Below are positions 10,309 through 18,372 of a DNA stretch of 43,472 bases, piece by piece. Source of the DNA: an archaeon (GTDB lineage Archaea; Iainarchaeota; Iainarchaeia; Iainarchaeales; 1-14-0-10-31-34). Below the pieces are notes generated by a model that saw only the letters and a program-made list of their open reading frames with translations, ran no database searches and had not been told where the DNA came from. The DNA lies in assembly GCA_043815885.1 (NCBI GenBank), contig JBDRIL010000043.1, forward strand, positions 1 to 43,472. Direction: 5' to 3'. The first letter of the stretch is position 1. Every line of letters starts with the position of its first letter. The position numbers and the translations under genes were made by a program.

Positions 10309-12309
10309 ATGAATAGAAAGAATGCTTCATTAAAAAAAATAATTGTTTTAGGACTTATTTTACTTATAATCGGAGTTGTATTCTTAAGCGGGCCGGCAAC
10401 TGCATTTTATATTACTGCTACCCCTACTTTAACTCACACGCCAGGAACAAAGGATGCAAATGTAACTGTAACCTTTTACAAGGAAAGATATGAAGCAATC
10501 GGGACAATTACTGCAAGACTGATTTATTTGGAGACTGATGGTAGTGGGAGTGGAACACTTTCTCCTGCCACAAGTTACGATGTTAACTGCTGGGCAAATA
10601 CTGATTATTATGATTATGGGCAAAGCCAGTATCTGTATGTGCTTCAGCCGAATGACTTGAATGTATTGGCTTATGGATACGTTGATAATGATGCAACTCT
10701 CACCCCGGGAGTGGATGAGAATTCAGCATATAAATTCAGGGACTGGAGTGATGATTTAAGCCTTACAGGGGCAGTAACAACTTATTATGGTTACGGATAT
10801 AATTATGCAGGAACATTTACCTGCACTTTTTACTTCACTGGACTGAATGATGGAGTGTTTGTTTCAGCACTGCCATTCATTAATGGTTTGCCTGTGAACA
10901 CTACTGGTTATGATTCAGGGCAGGCTGGAACAAATGTAGATGTAAATACAATCTTTGCAATAAAGACAATTGCTGCAAGTGGAGTTACTGACGTTAACTT
11001 TGTTAATGCTTCAGGAACTGAGAAGGCCTACTTCAGCATTCCTCAAGGAGGAACCAATGGAACTGCAGGAAGCGACTACATTACAATTGATGTAAATATT
11101 GCTTCCGCAACTAATCCAAGTAATGCAACACTATTAAGTGCTCCTAGATTCGAATTTGGTTCAAATGTAAGTAGTTTTACTATTGACGGGAATGGAGCAA
11201 CAACACTTGATTTGTTTTATACTGGACTTATTACTGATTCACAAGCTGAAAATTCAAACTTCAATATATGGAGGTTTTCAAGCGGAAGCTGGACAAAGAT
11301 TACTAGCGGAAGAAGTACAGACACAAGCATAGACAGAATAAGGGTTACAATTACTAGCTTCTCTGAATATGCAATGGGAACTGATACTAGTATAAGTGGA
11401 GGAGACCCCCCAGCTACAGGAGATGGTGACGGCACCGGCGGCGGTGGCGGCGACGGAGGGGGAGGCGGTGGAACGCCAGAAGCAAAAGAAGAAGTGCTTG
11501 CTGAAGTGACAATCACAAAGGGAATGACTTCAGAAGAATTAACGGCTATTTTAACTGAGGCAGGAGCATCAGAAACAGCAATAGAAAAAGCTATTGCAGC
11601 AGTAGGAAAAACCGAATTAACTAAAACTTATACAGTCTATAAGACAACTGCAGCGAATGGAACAGTAAGCTATAGAACGGAATTAAGTATTACTGTAAAG
11701 AATCCAGGAAAGACCTGGTTGAGGGAAGTAAAGGTAATAGAAAAAATCCCGAAAGGAATTGCAGCGAAGGCATCAGAGATAAACAGTGAATTTGATTTCA
11801 GTGTATTGGTCGAAGACCCAATAATTCAATTCAATATCCCTGAATTAAAGCCAGGCGAAACCAAAGAAATAATGTATTCAGTTCCAAAGAACATTATTCT
11901 AGCAGATGAAAAGTCATTGCAGGAACTTGCTTTGCCAATTCTGGCTGACTTCATTGAATTAACAGGAGAAGAAGTCTGTGCAGAAAAGAACTGTGATGAC
12001 TCAGATCCTTGTACAAAGGATTCATGTGATGTAACTACAGCAGAATGTACTCACACTACACTGCCTGATGGAACTGCATGTGGAGCAGGAAAGCAATGTA
12101 TTAGCGGAGTGTGTAAAGCAAAGTCAGTGGCAACCGGAGGAGTAGTAATGCCAGAAGAAGCTCCTATATGGGGATGGATAATAGGAATAATAGTAATCGT
12201 AATTATTGCAGGAGCAGGATACTATTACTACGAGTACTATTACAAGAAAGGCAAGGGAATAGGAAAACCAGCAAAAGAATCTGCAAAAGCCGCTAAGAAG
12301 ACTAAATGA
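10309..12309 (+). CDS. Secreted, C-terminally anchored cell-surface glycoprotein (S-layer/adhesin-like)
   Basis: Signal peptide, Thr/Tyr/Gly-rich beta region with 7 N-x-S/T sequons in the mature part, poly-Gly linker, Ig-like domain, Cys repeat (CDDSDPCTKDSCD...CGAGKQCISGVC), C-terminal TM and Lys-rich tail. Confidence 0.8.
   Translation: MNRKNASLKKIIVLGLILLIIGVVFLSGPATAFYITATPTLTHTPGTKDANVTVTFYKERYEAIGTITARLIYLETDGSGSGTLSPATSYDVNCWANTDYYDYGQSQYLYVLQPNDLNVLAYGYVDNDATLTPGVDENSAYKFRDWSDDLSLTGAVTTYYGYGYNYAGTFTCTFYFTGLNDGVFVSALPFINGLPVNTTGYDSGQAGTNVDVNTIFAIKTIAASGVTDVNFVNASGTEKAYFSIPQGGTNGTAGSDYITIDVNIASATNPSNATLLSAPRFEFGSNVSSFTIDGNGATTLDLFYTGLITDSQAENSNFNIWRFSSGSWTKITSGRSTDTSIDRIRVTITSFSEYAMGTDTSISGGDPPATGDGDGTGGGGGDGGGGGGTPEAKEEVLAEVTITKGMTSEELTAILTEAGASETAIEKAIAAVGKTELTKTYTVYKTTAANGTVSYRTELSITVKNPGKTWLREVKVIEKIPKGIAAKASEINSEFDFSVLVEDPIIQFNIPELKPGETKEIMYSVPKNIILADEKSLQELALPILADFIELTGEEVCAEKNCDDSDPCTKDSCDVTTAECTHTTLPDGTACGAGKQCISGVCKAKSVATGGVVMPEEAPIWGWIIGIIVIVIIAGAGYYYYEYYYKKGKGIGKPAKESAKAAKKTK
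11425..11472 (+). repeat. GGN/GGC low-complexity tract encoding a poly-Gly linker
   Basis: ggtgacggcaccggcggcggtggcggcgacggagggggaggcggtgga, a GC-rich patch in AT-rich DNA. Confidence 0.8.
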
Positions 12310-12343
12310 TTTTTTTCCTTCTTCTTTTTTCTTTTTATTTTTT
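12310..12343 (+). terminator. Oligo-T archaeal terminator after the surface glycoprotein gene
   Basis: Several T5-T7 runs start immediately after the TGA. Confidence 0.6.
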
Positions 12344-12358
12344 AATTCAATTATAAAG

Positions 12359-12468
12359 TTCAACGATTGACGTTGAAAAAAGTTTTTAATTCTATTTCTG
12401 TTATTTTTTATTGTATACCGAAGGTATACAATGTTTTTTGATAAAACTTTTCTAAAAGTTTTTTAATG
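12359..12468 (+). promoter_or_regulatory. Tandem BRE/TATA-like elements with three inverted repeats, upstream of pilus operon A
   Basis: TTCAACG-5-CGTTGAA (12359-12377), ATTGTATACC-GAA-GGTATACAAT (12410-12432) and AAAACTTTT-CT-AAAAGTTTT (12443-12462). AAAAGTTTTT(T)AAT occurs twice (about 12378-12390 and 12454-12467). Confidence 0.65.
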
Positions 12469-12505
12469 TATTTTTCTGATTTGCTGGAGAGTTGGTGTAA
12501 AGCAA

Positions 12506-14314
12506 TTGATTCTGAGACTGAATGAAAGGAAATGCAGTGAATGCAGGGACTGTTTGGCTAATTGCCCGAACAGGTTGACTGAATTAAGTGTATTGAAGTG
12601 CAGGCAATGTTCTTTTGAGGAAGCGAATTGTGTTAATGCATGCAGGCAGGGAGCATTCTATGAGATAGCAGAAGGAATAATTGGAGTGGATGAAGAAGCA
12701 TGCAATGGCTGCGGGGAATGCATTAAGGCATGCAAGGAGAAAGCAATCCAGTTAGTGAATGGAAAGGCAGCAAAGTGTGACCTTTGCGCAAAGAATAGTT
12801 TCATGATTGCCTGTTTAAGGGAGTGCGAGAAAGAAGCTATTTCATTGATTAAGACAGTGAAGGAAGTAAAGGAAATCGAGGGAATGCTTGGATTCAGGAT
12901 AAAGAATTTAAAGGAAGGAGAAATAAAAAAAATTCTGAAGAAAAGGGAAGAATTTGAGGTCATTGAAAACAGGGGCAATGAAAGGATTTATGTATTGAAG
13001 GATTTCCCGGAATTAACAAAACAGGAGGCAAAACTGCTTAGGGAAGTAATGGAGGAATTCCAGCAGAATGAATTTGAAAAAGGAATAAAGAAAGAGATTT
13101 ATTTTACTCTCATGGATTACTGTGAAAGGAATTTAATTGAATTAGAGGAAGAACAGGAAGAGTACCTGCTTGGATTGCTTGAATCAATGATTTATTCTTT
13201 TGGGCCTCTAACGAGTATTCTGAGGAATGACGAAATAGAGGAAATAAGCGTTATTGGTTTGGGGGAAATGAAGCCGGTAAGAATATTTGACAGGAGCTTT
13301 GGATGGATGAAGACAAACCTTTACTACTGCAGTGAAACAACGGTAAAGGATTTAGTCAATAAAATGGCTCGAGGGATTGGAAGAAGATTGACTCTGCAGA
13401 CACCAAAACTGAATGCAGTGCTGCCTGACGGCTCAAGGATTAATGCAATGATTCCCCCTGTTTCTTTTTCCGGGCCAACACTTACTATAAGGAAATTCAA
13501 GAAGAAACCCTTTACTCCAATCGAGTTAATTGAAAACAAGACTTTTTCTCTGGAGTTAATGGCGTTTATCTGGATGGCTCTCCAGACTGATACAAGTGTA
13601 TTGGTTGTGGGAAATACTGGTTCAGGAAAGACTTCTTCCCTAAATGCATTATTCTGCTTTATCCCAAAGGAAGAAAGGATTGTTGTAGTGGAGGAAACAC
13701 CGGAAATAATCCTGCCTCAAAAACATCTAATAAAACTGAGTATTGCAGAAAATCTGGGAATAGGAATGCAGGAACTAATAACTGACACGCTCAGAATGCG
13801 TCCGGACAGGGTGATAGTGGGAGAGATTCGTTCAAGAGAAGAAGTGGGAGCATTTATTGATACGCTTCTTGCAGGGCAGGGAAAGGGAAGTTATGCAACA
13901 TTTCACGCTCAAAGCGCGAAAGAAGCAATTGTAAGGCTTGAAAAGCTGGGGGTAATGGAGATTGATTTGGGTTCAATTGATTTAGTATTGGTGCAGAAAC
14001 GATGGAATCAAATAAATAAAGGTAAAGGAGCAAGCAAGGAAGTGAGAAGGATTGTCGAGGTAAGTGAAGTTAATGGCGGGGAAGAAGGAATTAAACTCAG
14101 AGAGCTTTATTCATTCAATCACAAGAGGAATAAACTCCAGCAAAAAAATGAAAGCGAAAAGGTTCTGGGAAAAATAAAGAACTGTTTCAGGATGAATGAA
14201 AAGGAAGTGAGAAAAGAATTGGGTAAAAGGAAAAAGCAGTTAAAAAAGTTTGGGAGAGAAAAACTTGAATTAAAGGAATTATTTGAAAGAATGAATGGTG
14301 AGGGTGATGATTGA
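12506..14314 (+). CDS. Type IV pilus/T2SS secretion ATPase (TadA/VirB11/FlaI family) fused to an N-terminal multi-[4Fe-4S] ferredoxin domain
   Basis: Residues 10-107 contain 16 Cys in four ferredoxin-type motifs. C-terminal part has Walker A GNTGSGKT, Asp box VEETPEI, LRMRPDRVIVGEIR and ATFHA. TTG start with GGTG SD. Confidence 0.92.
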   Translation: MILRLNERKCSECRDCLANCPNRLTELSVLKCRQCSFEEANCVNACRQGAFYEIAEGIIGVDEEACNGCGECIKACKEKAIQLVNGKAAKCDLCAKNSFMIACLRECEKEAISLIKTVKEVKEIEGMLGFRIKNLKEGEIKKILKKREEFEVIENRGNERIYVLKDFPELTKQEAKLLREVMEEFQQNEFEKGIKKEIYFTLMDYCERNLIELEEEQEEYLLGLLESMIYSFGPLTSILRNDEIEEISVIGLGEMKPVRIFDRSFGWMKTNLYYCSETTVKDLVNKMARGIGRRLTLQTPKLNAVLPDGSRINAMIPPVSFSGPTLTIRKFKKKPFTPIELIENKTFSLELMAFIWMALQTDTSVLVVGNTGSGKTSSLNALFCFIPKEERIVVVEETPEIILPQKHLIKLSIAENLGIGMQELITDTLRMRPDRVIVGEIRSREEVGAFIDTLLAGQGKGSYATFHAQSAKEAIVRLEKLGVMEIDLGSIDLVLVQKRWNQINKGKGASKEVRRIVEVSEVNGGEEGIKLRELYSFNHKRNKLQQKNESEKVLGKIKNCFRMNEKEVRKELGKRKKQLKKFGREKLELKELFERMNGEGDD

Positions 14315-15107
14315 AAAATTTTTTTCGGAACTGGAAAGGGAATTAATAAAGGGAAGAATCAATGAATCGGTTGAAGAGTACTTGAAGAAAAGGGGCTTTT
14401 ATTCAGTGATTCTTGCACTTACTGCCTTCTTTCTCTATTCTTTAATTGTGAGCAATCTAATTGAAGGAATTATTGTTGGAGGGATTGTGTTTGTTTTGGG
14501 GTTTTCATTTTTTTTGCTTTACCCAAAGGCAAGGAAGAACAGAATCAAGGCATTGATTGAGAGGGATTTGCCTTTTGCTTTAATGGCAATGGCAGTAGAG
14601 CTGAACCTGAATATCCCTTTTGAAAAAACAATAGAGAATACCGCGGGAAGGCAGTATGGAATTATTTCAGTTGAATTCAGTAAGGTAGTGAGAGAGATAA
14701 AACACTACGGAAGTTCATTACAGGAAGCATTATTTCATTTAAGCGAAAGAAATGATTCATTAATGCTGAAGAGAAGTATGGCCCAATTAGTAAGCATATA
14801 TGAGCATGGAAGCAAGACTGAAAGAGGAACTCCAATCAAAAGATTGGCGGAGGAATTGCTTTCAAAACAGAAGGCAGAGTCCAAGGAATTTTCAGGAAAA
14901 CTAGTGGTATTTTCTCTAGTGTTTATTGCTCTTTCCGCAATACTCCCAGCGTTATTCCAGTCATTTGTTTCAATTGGAAGCATGTTCTTGGAACTTGAGT
15001 TCACTGCATTGCAGGTAATAATTATTGTCACTGTTTTTTTTCCTTTGATAGATGCAGGCATACTTTTATTTATTAAATTAAAGACACCGGTGTTTTTGAA
15101 TGAATGA
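14307..15107 (+). CDS. Type II secretion F-domain membrane platform protein (TadB-like)
   Basis: Two N-terminal TMs, IERDLPFAL...YGIISVEF...GSSLQEAL T2SSF pattern, C-terminal TMs. Overlaps the ATPase stop; GGTGA SD before ATG 14307. Confidence 0.85.
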   Translation: MIEKFFSELERELIKGRINESVEEYLKKRGFYSVILALTAFFLYSLIVSNLIEGIIVGGIVFVLGFSFFLLYPKARKNRIKALIERDLPFALMAMAVELNLNIPFEKTIENTAGRQYGIISVEFSKVVREIKHYGSSLQEALFHLSERNDSLMLKRSMAQLVSIYEHGSKTERGTPIKRLAEELLSKQKAESKEFSGKLVVFSLVFIALSAILPALFQSFVSIGSMFLELEFTALQVIIIVTVFFPLIDAGILLFIKLKTPVFLNE

Positions 15108-16023
15108 TAATCCAATCATCAGGTGTTTTTTTTCAGGGGAAAGCATTAATGAATTCAAAGAAAAATTAAGGGAAAACGATTACAGCGGAGGAATGGAAAA
15201 AATTCTAAGGGATTCATTCATAGAGGGAATAATACTGCTTCTTTTATTTCTGGTGGTTTCAACATTAACAGAGATTAATGTCTTATACATAACTGGGTTT
15301 TCCTTGGCTGCATTTTTATCCCCCTTTTTATTCAATTACTTCTTCCAGCTCTACAGGTTCGAGCAGAGAAAGAGGGAAAAAGAAAAACTCATTCCTGATG
15401 TATTGCTTCAGGCTTCTGTGTTTCCTGAGGGAACTGATTCCATTCAGATAATCAAGTATTTGGCTAAGGAAAATTATGGGAATCTTTCAAGGGAATTCAA
15501 TAAAGCGCATTCAGAGATAAGGAAGGGAGCTTCGATTGAAAGGGCATTGAATAACCTTAAGAAGCGGTGCAGGAGCAGGATTATTGCGCGAGCAATGGAT
15601 TTACTTATCCAGGGACACAATAGCGGGGCAGAAATGAATTCAGTTTTCAGGGAGACGGCAGAGGATATCCTTGAAACACAGTCAATAATCAGGGACAGGA
15701 ATTCAACAATGATTATTGAAAAATACACTTTGCTTCTGGCCGGGGGATTTATTGTTCCATTAGTGTTGGGGTTAATTGTTGGAATGATTACTGGAATGAA
15801 TTTCAGTGGAATAAATGAATTAGGAATGGGAATGAGTCTAGAGCAGAGAAAGGAATTATTGAATGCCGCACTTCTCTCAAATCAGGTGTATATAGCAGAA
15901 TACTCTATTATTGCCTCTGTCTTTATTGCAAACCAGGAGGGAAACATAAAGAAAGCCTTCCTCTATGCATTAATTCTTCTCCCACTGAGTCTGCTTACCT
16001 ACAATCTTGCTAAGGGCTTCTAA
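15100..16023 (+). CDS. Type II secretion F-domain membrane platform protein (TadC-like)
   Basis: IPDVLLQA...YGNLSREF...KGASIERAL...SGAEM T2SSF pattern; TMs at both ends. Confidence 0.87.
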   Translation: MNDNPIIRCFFSGESINEFKEKLRENDYSGGMEKILRDSFIEGIILLLLFLVVSTLTEINVLYITGFSLAAFLSPFLFNYFFQLYRFEQRKREKEKLIPDVLLQASVFPEGTDSIQIIKYLAKENYGNLSREFNKAHSEIRKGASIERALNNLKKRCRSRIIARAMDLLIQGHNSGAEMNSVFRETAEDILETQSIIRDRNSTMIIEKYTLLLAGGFIVPLVLGLIVGMITGMNFSGINELGMGMSLEQRKELLNAALLSNQVYIAEYSIIASVFIANQEGNIKKAFLYALILLPLSLLTYNLAKGF

Positions 16024-16025
16024 AA

Positions 16026-16301
16026 ATGAGCAATAAAAAGAAGATTTATTTCATTAATCATGCAGAAGAAAGATTCCTTCAAAGAGGGATTCCAAAGAAC
16101 AGCATTAGAGAAATTTTGGCTAGAGGAATAGTTATTCCGGACCCAAAAAATATCCAGAGAAAGATATGCATTTATAAGAATGCAGACCACAGATATTACA
16201 GCATAGTATTTGAGGAAGTAGGAGAAGTTATATTTATTGTCACTGGGTATAACTCTGACAATTTAGAGATAAAATATTACAATAAGGTGAAATCGGAATG
16301 A
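16026..16301 (+). CDS. DUF4258-family putative toxin (predicted RelE-like ribonuclease)
   Basis: IYFINHAEERFLQRGI...IREIL motif and C-terminal IFIVTGY. Its stop overlaps the next gene (ATGA). Confidence 0.75.
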   Translation: MSNKKKIYFINHAEERFLQRGIPKNSIREILARGIVIPDPKNIQRKICIYKNADHRYYSIVFEEVGEVIFIVTGYNSDNLEIKYYNKVKSE

Positions 16302-16522
16302 CTCTGAAATGCATTAAATGCAACGCCCCCACCAAAAAAGCCATTACTGCAAGAAATTATTTCAAGAAATTTAAAATAGAGGGGATAAATATAGAGAAAT
16401 GCCCCAAATGCAGTGAAGAATATCTGGACGAAGAGGAGTATGAACGGATTAGGCTAAAATTAGAAAAAATAAGAAAAGAAATCAAGCCAATAAAATCCGA
16501 GATAAAACAGATCGTTATCTGA
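16298..16522 (+). CDS. YgiT/MqsA-type zinc-finger protein, putative antitoxin
   Basis: KCIKC...IEGINIEKCPKCSEEYLD pattern; translationally coupled to the DUF4258 gene. Confidence 0.78.
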   Translation: MTLKCIKCNAPTKKAITARNYFKKFKIEGINIEKCPKCSEEYLDEEEYERIRLKLEKIRKEIKPIKSEIKQIVI

Positions 16523-16538
16523 TTCAAAGAAAGATAGT

Positions 16539-16874
16539 TTATTTTCCGCGAATTAATGCAGGAACTTTTTCTTTTCTTTGGATTCTCTCATTGAATTTTT
16601 TTGTTAAAATAAAGTCCAATTCTGTGAGCTTTTTTACAGGGGCGGAAGAATTATTCAATTGATACAGAGAAGCCCTTCCGATTACGCGCTTCTTCTTTAT
16701 GATTCCATTCCTTTCAAGGTTTTTCCAGATTTCATTCAAGGTCATTCTGGATACTTCTGTCTGCCTTGCAACCTCGCTCTTGGGAAAATCCAACAGCTTG
16801 TTGTCCAAAAAAAAGTCCAATACCTTGATTGTTGGACTTTTTCCAAAACACCTAACAAAAACCGATTCGTTCAT
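16539..16874 (-). CDS. Winged helix-turn-helix transcriptional regulator (ArsR/MarR-like)
   Basis: FGKSPTIKVLDFF...SEVARQTEVSRMTL...LERNGIIKKKRVIGRASLYQLN. Start trimmed to ATG 16874, which has a GGTG SD. Confidence 0.8.
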   Translation of the reverse strand: MNESVFVRCFGKSPTIKVLDFFLDNKLLDFPKSEVARQTEVSRMTLNEIWKNLERNGIIKKKRVIGRASLYQLNNSSAPVKKLTELDFILTKKFNERIQRKEKVPALIRGK

Positions 16875-16995
16875 CGCCGTTGCACCAAAGTTAAAATGGT
16901 TTCTCTTCAACAAATAAAATAATTCTTATAAGAAAAAAATATAAATGTATCTTTTTTAGACTTTTAAAGTATAAAAATTATACAATTGATTTAGT

Positions 16996-17277
16996 ATGGA
17001 AAGAGAGTTGGAAGAAACCATTAAGGACACCATAATTGATAAATTGAACAGAAGGAGCTATTGGGGGAGAAGACTGATTAACTTTGATGACCTTTTTTCG
17101 TGGTTCAAATTAAAGGCCTCAAAAAGGGAAATAGAAAAAACATGTGATGAATTATTCAGTGAAGGAATTCTTTGGAAGAAAAAAGGGATTAGAAAATGTT
17201 TTCGTTACTCGCTCAATCCAAAAAATAAAAGAGAGATTGAGTTAAGGCTGGAAAAAATTTATCGGGAACTAATTTAA
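16996..17277 (+). CDS. Small basic hypothetical protein, probable winged-helix fold
   Basis: IIDKLNRRSYWG...CDELFSEGILWKK...RYSLNPKNKREIE; divergent from the wHTH gene. Confidence 0.65.
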   Translation: MERELEETIKDTIIDKLNRRSYWGRRLINFDDLFSWFKLKASKREIEKTCDELFSEGILWKKKGIRKCFRYSLNPKNKREIELRLEKIYRELI

Positions 17278-17482
17278 GTGAATTCGCTGAAGGTTCTGGA
17301 GTGGTTTTTGTTTCTTCTTTTTCTTGGAGTCGCTTGAAGGCTTCACCCATAATGGTTCTGCTTTCGCTGACATCTTTTTTTACTCCGAATACCTGTTCTG
17401 CGAGAAATATTCCAATGATTATTATTATGAGGACAGCTAAAAGAATTATCAGCAGCCTGTCTGAATGCCTTAATGCAGCCAT
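17213..17482 (-). CDS. Small single-pass membrane protein
   Basis: Strong TM LLIILLAVLIIIIIGIFLA; TATA-like TTTAAATA upstream on the minus strand. Its 3' end overlaps the convergent gene by 65 nt. Confidence 0.6.
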   Translation of the reverse strand: MAALRHSDRLLIILLAVLIIIIIGIFLAEQVFGVKKDVSESRTIMGEAFKRLQEKEETKTTPEPSANSLKLVPDKFFPALTQSLFYFLD

Positions 17483-17571
17483 TTTAATCCAACTAAAACA
17501 ATTGCGGGTAAGGAATATATTTAAATAGGGTTGACTCTTCTTTTATTGTATTTGATGTAGAGGTGCAAGGA

Positions 17572-18315
17572 ATGAGTGAAGAAAAATCGATTAAGTTCGT
17601 TGAAACAACTCCAATCAATTACGAGGGATTTACGTTAATTGAAGGATTTCCAGGAATGGGTTTAGTGGGAACGATTGGAGCAAAATATATTTCTGAGAGA
17701 CTCGACTTCAAGGAAGTTGGTTACATTGATGCAAACATTTTTGTTCCAATCATCAGGATCCATAACGGGGTTCCTGTTTATCCTTCAAGGATTTATGCAA
17801 ATGAGGAGAGAAAGCTTGCCATCATTATCTCTGAACAAATAATTCCAAAGTTTTTTGTTGAGAAAATGGCCAAGGCAGTGGTTGAATGGGTGAGAGAAAA
17901 GAAATTCAAGAGACTGATTTCATTGGAGGGAATCAATGCAGGAGACAGTGAACAGAAAACTGTTTACGGGATTGGAGCCAACGATAAATCAAGGAAATTA
18001 GTGGAAGAGTACGGGGTAAAAACAATCAATGAAGGCATCACTACAGGAATAACTTCCATTATACTTCTTGGATTAAAGGAAAGCGAGATGGATGCATTCT
18101 CCATTCTCGGAAGCGTGAACATGCAGGCAGACTACAAGGCGGCAGCAGCACTAATAAAAAAATTAAACGAAATCCTCAAGCTTGACATCAAGATAGAGCC
18201 ATTACTTAAAGAAGCAAAGGAAACAGAAAAAGAATTAATCAAGCAGTTAGAGGAACTGAAGAAAACCAGTGAATCAGTCCAAAAATTCGAAGAAAGAACC
18301 CCAATGTACACCTAA
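17572..18315 (+). CDS. PAC2-family proteasome assembly chaperone/activator (PbaA/PbaB-like)
   Basis: LIEGFPGMGLVGTIGAKYI signature, YPSRIY, DYKAAAALI, DIKIEPLLKEAKE and C-terminal MYT. ATG 17572 follows GAGGTG. Confidence 0.92.
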   Translation: MSEEKSIKFVETTPINYEGFTLIEGFPGMGLVGTIGAKYISERLDFKEVGYIDANIFVPIIRIHNGVPVYPSRIYANEERKLAIIISEQIIPKFFVEKMAKAVVEWVREKKFKRLISLEGINAGDSEQKTVYGIGANDKSRKLVEEYGVKTINEGITTGITSIILLGLKESEMDAFSILGSVNMQADYKAAAALIKKLNEILKLDIKIEPLLKEAKETEKELIKQLEELKKTSESVQKFEERTPMYT

Positions 18316-18372
18316 AAAAACAAAAAGTATTTAAATTAAATTAATCAATTAATTTAATAGAGGTAATTTTTT

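Noticed and set aside
11425..11472. GC-rich GGC tract as foreign DNA or an RNA gene
   Set aside because: It is fully explained by the poly-Gly linker. The antisense poly-Pro ORF is its shadow.
12410..12432. Palindrome as a CRISPR repeat or transposon end
   Set aside because: Single copy, with no spacer array and no cas or transposase gene in the window.
17213..17277. 65-nt convergent overlap as an antisense control element
   Set aside because: More simply a non-conserved C-terminal run-on of the small membrane protein; nothing else supports a function.
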